From NCBI GenBank assembly GCA_038087875.1, contig CM075988.1, positions 3,472,001 through 3,536,000 on the forward strand: a DNA stretch of 64,000 bases, given 5' to 3'. A model generated the notes under the pieces. The model did not search any database. It was not told where the DNA came from and saw only the letters and a list, made by a program, of their open reading frames with translations. This document shows positions 59,411 through 64,000 of this stretch, one piece after another; the first letter of the stretch is position 1, and every line of letters begins with the position of its first letter. The position numbers were made by a program, and so were the translations under genes. This DNA is from Malacoraja senta (taxonomy: Eukaryota).

Positions 59411-60929
59411 CCAATTCCAAGCCATGCTTGGAACCCTTGTATACTGTGCAGTATAAACTAATCACATGTTATCATTTTAGTTTATAAACGGATCTGAATC
59501 TCATGTTATCATTGTCATTTGTACAAAAAACAAGTGTAAATATTACCAACTTGTAAATGTTCCACATACCACATGTTTCGGACGAACCAGACCCACCTAC
59601 CTCCATGGTTACCGGTGGTCTTATGGTAAGCCCAAAGGCCCCTGATGCGGGTTCTATTTCTGTCCTTGGTTGGAGAGTAGAACTGGTAGGGTGCGTGGAT
59701 TCCATATTTTTCCTGAGACCGTCTTGGACCTTGGCCTGAAAGACCTCTGCCCAGCTTTCAAGCTGCCACCAGCTTCAGTGAACTGCTTACTGCCGATGAA
59801 GGCGTGGGGTGTGTCGTCGTTGAAACGATGAAGCTTTGCTCATCGTTGGTACCTTGATTAGTCCGACAGCTTTTGCTTCCTCATCCAGGTATTACCTGTT
59901 GGATAAGTCTTACCTGAAGAGAAGATTCGGCGGCTGGTTTAATTTCCTGGATTTCATGCCCCCTCCAATGTCACCCCTGATAGCACTGTTCACTACCAGC
60001 ACTTGTAGCGTGAGGGGAACTCTGGCCCCTTCCGGGTTTGCTGCCAACGGCTGGAACCAACTCTTCCAGCAGCAACCCCTTCGTTTGCGAGTATTTCCTT
60101 GAAGCCTTATGCATGTGCTCCAGTATGTTCCACGGACATACTTTCGAATTGGAAGTCAGTTACACACTGACCATTCGCACTCCCCTCCACAGAGAGGGAG
60201 ATTCGTAGGCAGCCCTGAAAACAGGTGCTGCCGCAGGCCCCCGGGGATACCTGTGCTGATATGGCCCCATCCTACGGACCTATATCAGGAGCATCATATT
60301 TGTGGGATAAACGCCCGAGGGCGCTATCCATGCTCCATATGGGTTAAACGTCCGAGGACGTACCCAGGTATGTCGGAGGGGAAGCCTCCTGGCCTGACTC
60401 GTCCGAGTCCATAGGCCTGACTGACTTATTCTTGGATTTACTCCCTTTCTGGGGAACCATAGCGGTCTGGGAGCCGCTGACCGCACTGTCAACGACTCGG
60501 GTGGCGAGACCGACTTATTCTTGTTTTTACCCCCTTTCTGGGGAACCACAGCGGTCTGGGAGCCGCTGACCGCATTGTCAGCGACTTAGGTAGGGAACCC
60601 TCCAGCCGCCGGCTACCCACGCTTCTGCGGTCCGGACCGGGATTTCACCACGGTCCATACCCGGTTTCCCCGCGGCCCGTCCGGACTTCGCCCCGAAATT
60701 ATCCAGCAGGAAAAACTCTGTAAGAAGAGATTCCTGCAAGAAAAAACAGATCCTGGAAATAAGTTTAAATCTTACCTGCAGGTTTAAACTTACCGCTGGA
60801 AGGAGCGACGCGCCTGCCAGTCAGTCGTTGCGCAATGCGTTAGACGTAATGACGAGCATGCAGGCTGACGGCCTTCTTCACGTAGTCACTAACGTGACTC
60901 CGAAGTAAAATTGCCTGTTGTGCTGCTAC

Positions 60930-61214
60930 AAGAATAAAGGGGAGGTCATTTAAGACTGAGGTGAGAAAAAACCTTTTCACCCAGAGAGTTGTGAATTTAT
61001 GGAATTCCCTGCCACAGAGGGCAGTGGAGGCCAAATCACTGGATGGATTTAAGAGAGAGTTAGATAGAGCTCTAGGGGCTAGTGGAGTCAAGGGATATGG
61101 GGAGAAGGCAAGCATGGGTTATTGATAGGGGACGATCAGCCATGATCACAATGAATGGCGGTGCTGGCTCGAAGGGCCGAATGGCCTCCTCCTGCACCTA
61201 TTTTCTGTTTCTAT
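60930..61214 (+). mobile_element. CR1 3' fragment
   Basis: CR1 C-terminus and 3' UTR. Confidence 0.85.
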
Positions 61215-61567
61215 GTAAGTACGAATCTCATTGTTCCGTTTCAGCTCATTTGGCAGTCAAACTCTCTTGACTCTTGTGGTTAGGTTTTTCAGCAGCTGAA
61301 GCTGACCACAACCTTGTCCCGGCTCCCTGCCTCCTCCTTCCTCTCCTGTGTGGCAGTGAGCCAAACGTCACCGTGCCAGCTGCACACTGATGCCTTCTGA
61401 ACCCTCTCCACCGTCTGCATGCCTGGTTAAGTTACAAATTCCCTGATGGTTCACTGGATCTTACTCACTGGCCACTTCAGGCAACACAGTCCTGGCATGC
61501 GATGCAGGAACATGGAACTGCAGATGCTGGTTTACATAAAAAAGAACACACAGTGCTGGAGTAACAG

Positions 61568-61860
61568 TGGCAGCACAATGGCGCAACGGTAGAGTTGCTG
61601 CCTTACAGCGCCAGAGACCCGGGTTCGATCCTGCCTACGGGTGCTGTCAGTGCAGAGTTTGTACATTATCTGTGGGTTTTCTCTGGGGGCTCCGCTCTCC
61701 TCCAACACTCCAAACACATACAGGCTTGTCGGTTAATTGACCAGTAAAATGTGTAAATTATCCTTAATGTGCAGGATAATGCGAGTTTATGGGGGTGGTC
61801 AGCGGTTAGCACAGACTCGATGGGCCGTAGGGTCTGTTTGCATGTTATATCTCTATAGTA
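61568..61860 (+). mobile_element. V-SINE inserted in a Penelope fold-back unit (~61513-61985)
   Basis: Family motifs; the pLTR arm resumes after the SINE. Confidence 0.75.
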
Positions 61861-62117
61861 AAGTCAGCAGGTCAGGCAGCATCTGTGGAAAACGTTGGGA
61901 CCCTTCCACAGATCAGAAATGTCACCTGTCCATGTTCTCCAGAGATGCTGCCTGACCCGTTGAGTTACTCCAGCAATCTCTGTTTATTTCTTGTGAAGGA
62001 GTGGGAGAAGATGCCCTGAAACCTGGGCAATCAGCTCCACACGGTGGCGAGAGGCGGTGTTGCAGCTTCATCGCTTGTAGGCTGACGGTAGCTGGAGAAA
62101 ACGGGAATAACAAGCAG

Positions 62118-63462
62118 GAAGGTACACAAAAATGCTGGAGAAACTCAGCGGGTGCAGCAGCATCTATGGAGCGAAGGAAATAGGCAACGTTTCGGGCAGG
62201 AACCCTTCTTCAGACTGATAGGGGGTGGGGAGAAGAAAGGAAAAAAGGCGGAGGTGGAGCCCGAGGGCTGGGGGAGGGGAGGAGACAACCAGAGGGCTGA
62301 TGAAGGGGAGGGGACAGCAAGGGCTAGCAGAATTGGGAGAATTCAATGTTCATGCCCCCAGGATGTAGACTGCCCAAGCGGAATATGAGGTGCATTTCCT
62401 CCAATTTCCGGTGTTGCTCGCTGTGGCCATGGAGGAGACCCAGGACAGAGAGGTCAGATACGGAATGGGAGGGGGAGTTGAAGTGCTGAGCCACCGGGAG
62501 GTCAGGTTGGTTATTGCGGACCGACCGGAGGTGTTCGGCGAAACAATCGCCAAGCCTCCGCTTGGTCTCACCGATGTAGATCAGCTGGCATCTAGAGCAG
62601 CGGATGCAATAGATGAGGTTGGAGGAGATGCAGGTGAACCTCTGTCGCACCTGGAACGACTGCTTAGGTCCTTGAATGGAGTCGAGGGGGGAGGTGAAGG
62701 GACAAGTGTTGCATCTCTTGCGGTTGCAAGGGAAAGTACCCGGGGAGGGGGTGGTACGGGAGGGAAGGGAAGAATTGACAAGGAAGTTACGGAGGGAGCG
62801 GTCTTTGCGGAAGGCAGACATGGGGGGAGATGGGAAGATGTGGCGAGCGGTGGGGTCACGTTGGAGGTGGCGAAACTGACAGAGGATCACTTGTTGTATG
62901 ACGGCTGGTGGGGTGAAAGGTGAGGACTAGGGGGACTCTGCCCTTGTTGTGAGTGGGGGGATGGGGAGAGAGAGCAGTGTTGCGGGGTATGGCAGAGACC
63001 CTGGTGCGAGCCTCATCTATGGTGGAGGAGGGGAACCCCCGTTCCCTGAAAAATGAGGACATTTCGGATGCCCTGGTGTGGAACGCCTCATCCTGGGAGC
63101 AGATGCGGCGTAGAGGGAGGAATTGGGAGTGGGGGATGGATTCGTTACAGGAAGCAGGGTGGGAAGAAGTGTAGTCCAGATAGCCATGGGAGTCGGTAGG
63201 TTTGTAGTGGATGTCGGTAAGAAGTCTATCACCTGCGATGGAGATAGTGAGGTCAAGGAATGGTAGGGAACTGTCGGAAATGGTCCAGGTGTATTTGAGT
63301 GCCGGATGGAAGTTGGTGGTGAAGCGGATGAAGTCAGTCAGTTGTGTGTGGGTGCAGGAGGTGGCACCAAAGTAGTCATCGATATAGCGGAGGTAGAGGT
63401 CGGGGATAGGGCCCTGGTACGCATTGAACAAGGATTATTCTACGTACCCGACTAAGAGGCAG
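62118..63462 (-). mobile_element. 5'-truncated Penelope-like element (RT C-terminal half, GIY-YIG endonuclease, pLTR)
   Basis: YLRYIDDYFG...LPFLD...YKPTD (62856..63431); IYCIRCSRCQLIYIGETKRRL...EH (62324..62890); frameshift near 62890-62900. Confidence 0.95.
62183..62216 (-). ncRNA. Minimal hammerhead-like motif in the Penelope pLTR
   Basis: agt-CTGAAGA-aGGGttcctgCCC-GAAACGTT-gcc with a palindromic helix III (AACGTT). Confidence 0.55.
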
Positions 63463-63605
63463 GAATGTCGGATAGTGTTCTGGGTCCGTCAGCTCCTGGG
63501 AGAGTGCGTGGTGGGGTGGTGTCTGTGGGCAGAGGAGGATCTCAGCCTGCTTTTCTCACAGGTTGGCAGACATGGCTTATCCAGCAGTCCACTTCTGTCT
63601 GATTT

Positions 63606-63903
63606 TTTAGTTTAGTTTAGAGATACAGCGCGGAAACAGGCCCATCGGCCCATCGAGTCCATACCGACCTGTGATCCCCGCACACTAACACTATCCTGCA
63701 CCCACGAGGCACAATTTACAACTATACCAAACCTATTATCCTCCAAACCTGTACGTCTTTGGGGTGTTGGAAGAAACCAAAGATTTCGGAGAAAAGCCAC
63801 GCAGTCATGGGGAGAGCGTACAGACAGCAGCCGTATTCAGGATCGAACCCGGGTCTCTGGCGCTGTGAGGCAGCAACTCTACCGCTGCGCCACCATGCCG
63901 CCC
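63606..63903 (-). mobile_element. V-SINE
   Basis: Family motifs. Confidence 0.85.
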
Positions 63904-64000
63904 TGGAACAGGTGGCTAAGTCGGGCAGATGGTTGGACCACAGTAGTGTCACGGGTCATGGGAACTAGACGTGACCATGACCTTACTGGATGACAGACCA

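Larger units (their letters stand above)
53426..60911 (-). mobile_element. Full-span degenerate DIRS retrotransposon with ITRs and ICR
   Basis: ITRs ~56189-56223 and ~60850-60883; ICR ~56343-56452 is complementary to both termini; AAT at both ends. YR remnant (ORF 56848..57384 PRPKYTEVWD...LVSAQRVQSL, and HSTRAATTS near 56790), MT-like (57701-57943), RNase H and RT remnants (58000-59070). Confidence 0.92.

Overview
Eukaryotic DNA saturated with transposable elements. It is inferred to come from a cartilaginous fish, probably a skate or ray, based on HE1-type V-SINEs with (CTAAA)n tails and HER1/CR1 LINEs. The only host coding sequence I can support is the last two coding exons of a + strand alpha-2,3-sialyltransferase of the ST3GAL4/6/9 group: 36928-37080 (sialylmotifs S and III) and 45037-45117 (motif VS and stop). 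I found no upstream exons. The rest is mobile DNA and its debris: many V-SINE, CR1 and Rex1 fragments; two DIRS tyrosine-recombinase retrotransposons, one tandemly duplicated and one with ITR/ICR termini and a 9x36-bp higher-order repeat inside RT; a degenerate ERV with near-identical LTRs and a tRNA-Ser PBS, nested in a solo LTR inside a SINE; PIF/Harbinger elements; a Helentron/HINE-like element carrying an exon-like segment; and a Penelope element. There are also many short Penelope pLTR-only fold-back insertions, several with TSDs and hammerhead-like motifs. A 200-N scaffold gap lies at 4175-4374. Repeat boundaries were read by eye and are approximate unless a TSD or TIR is quoted. No database searches were run.
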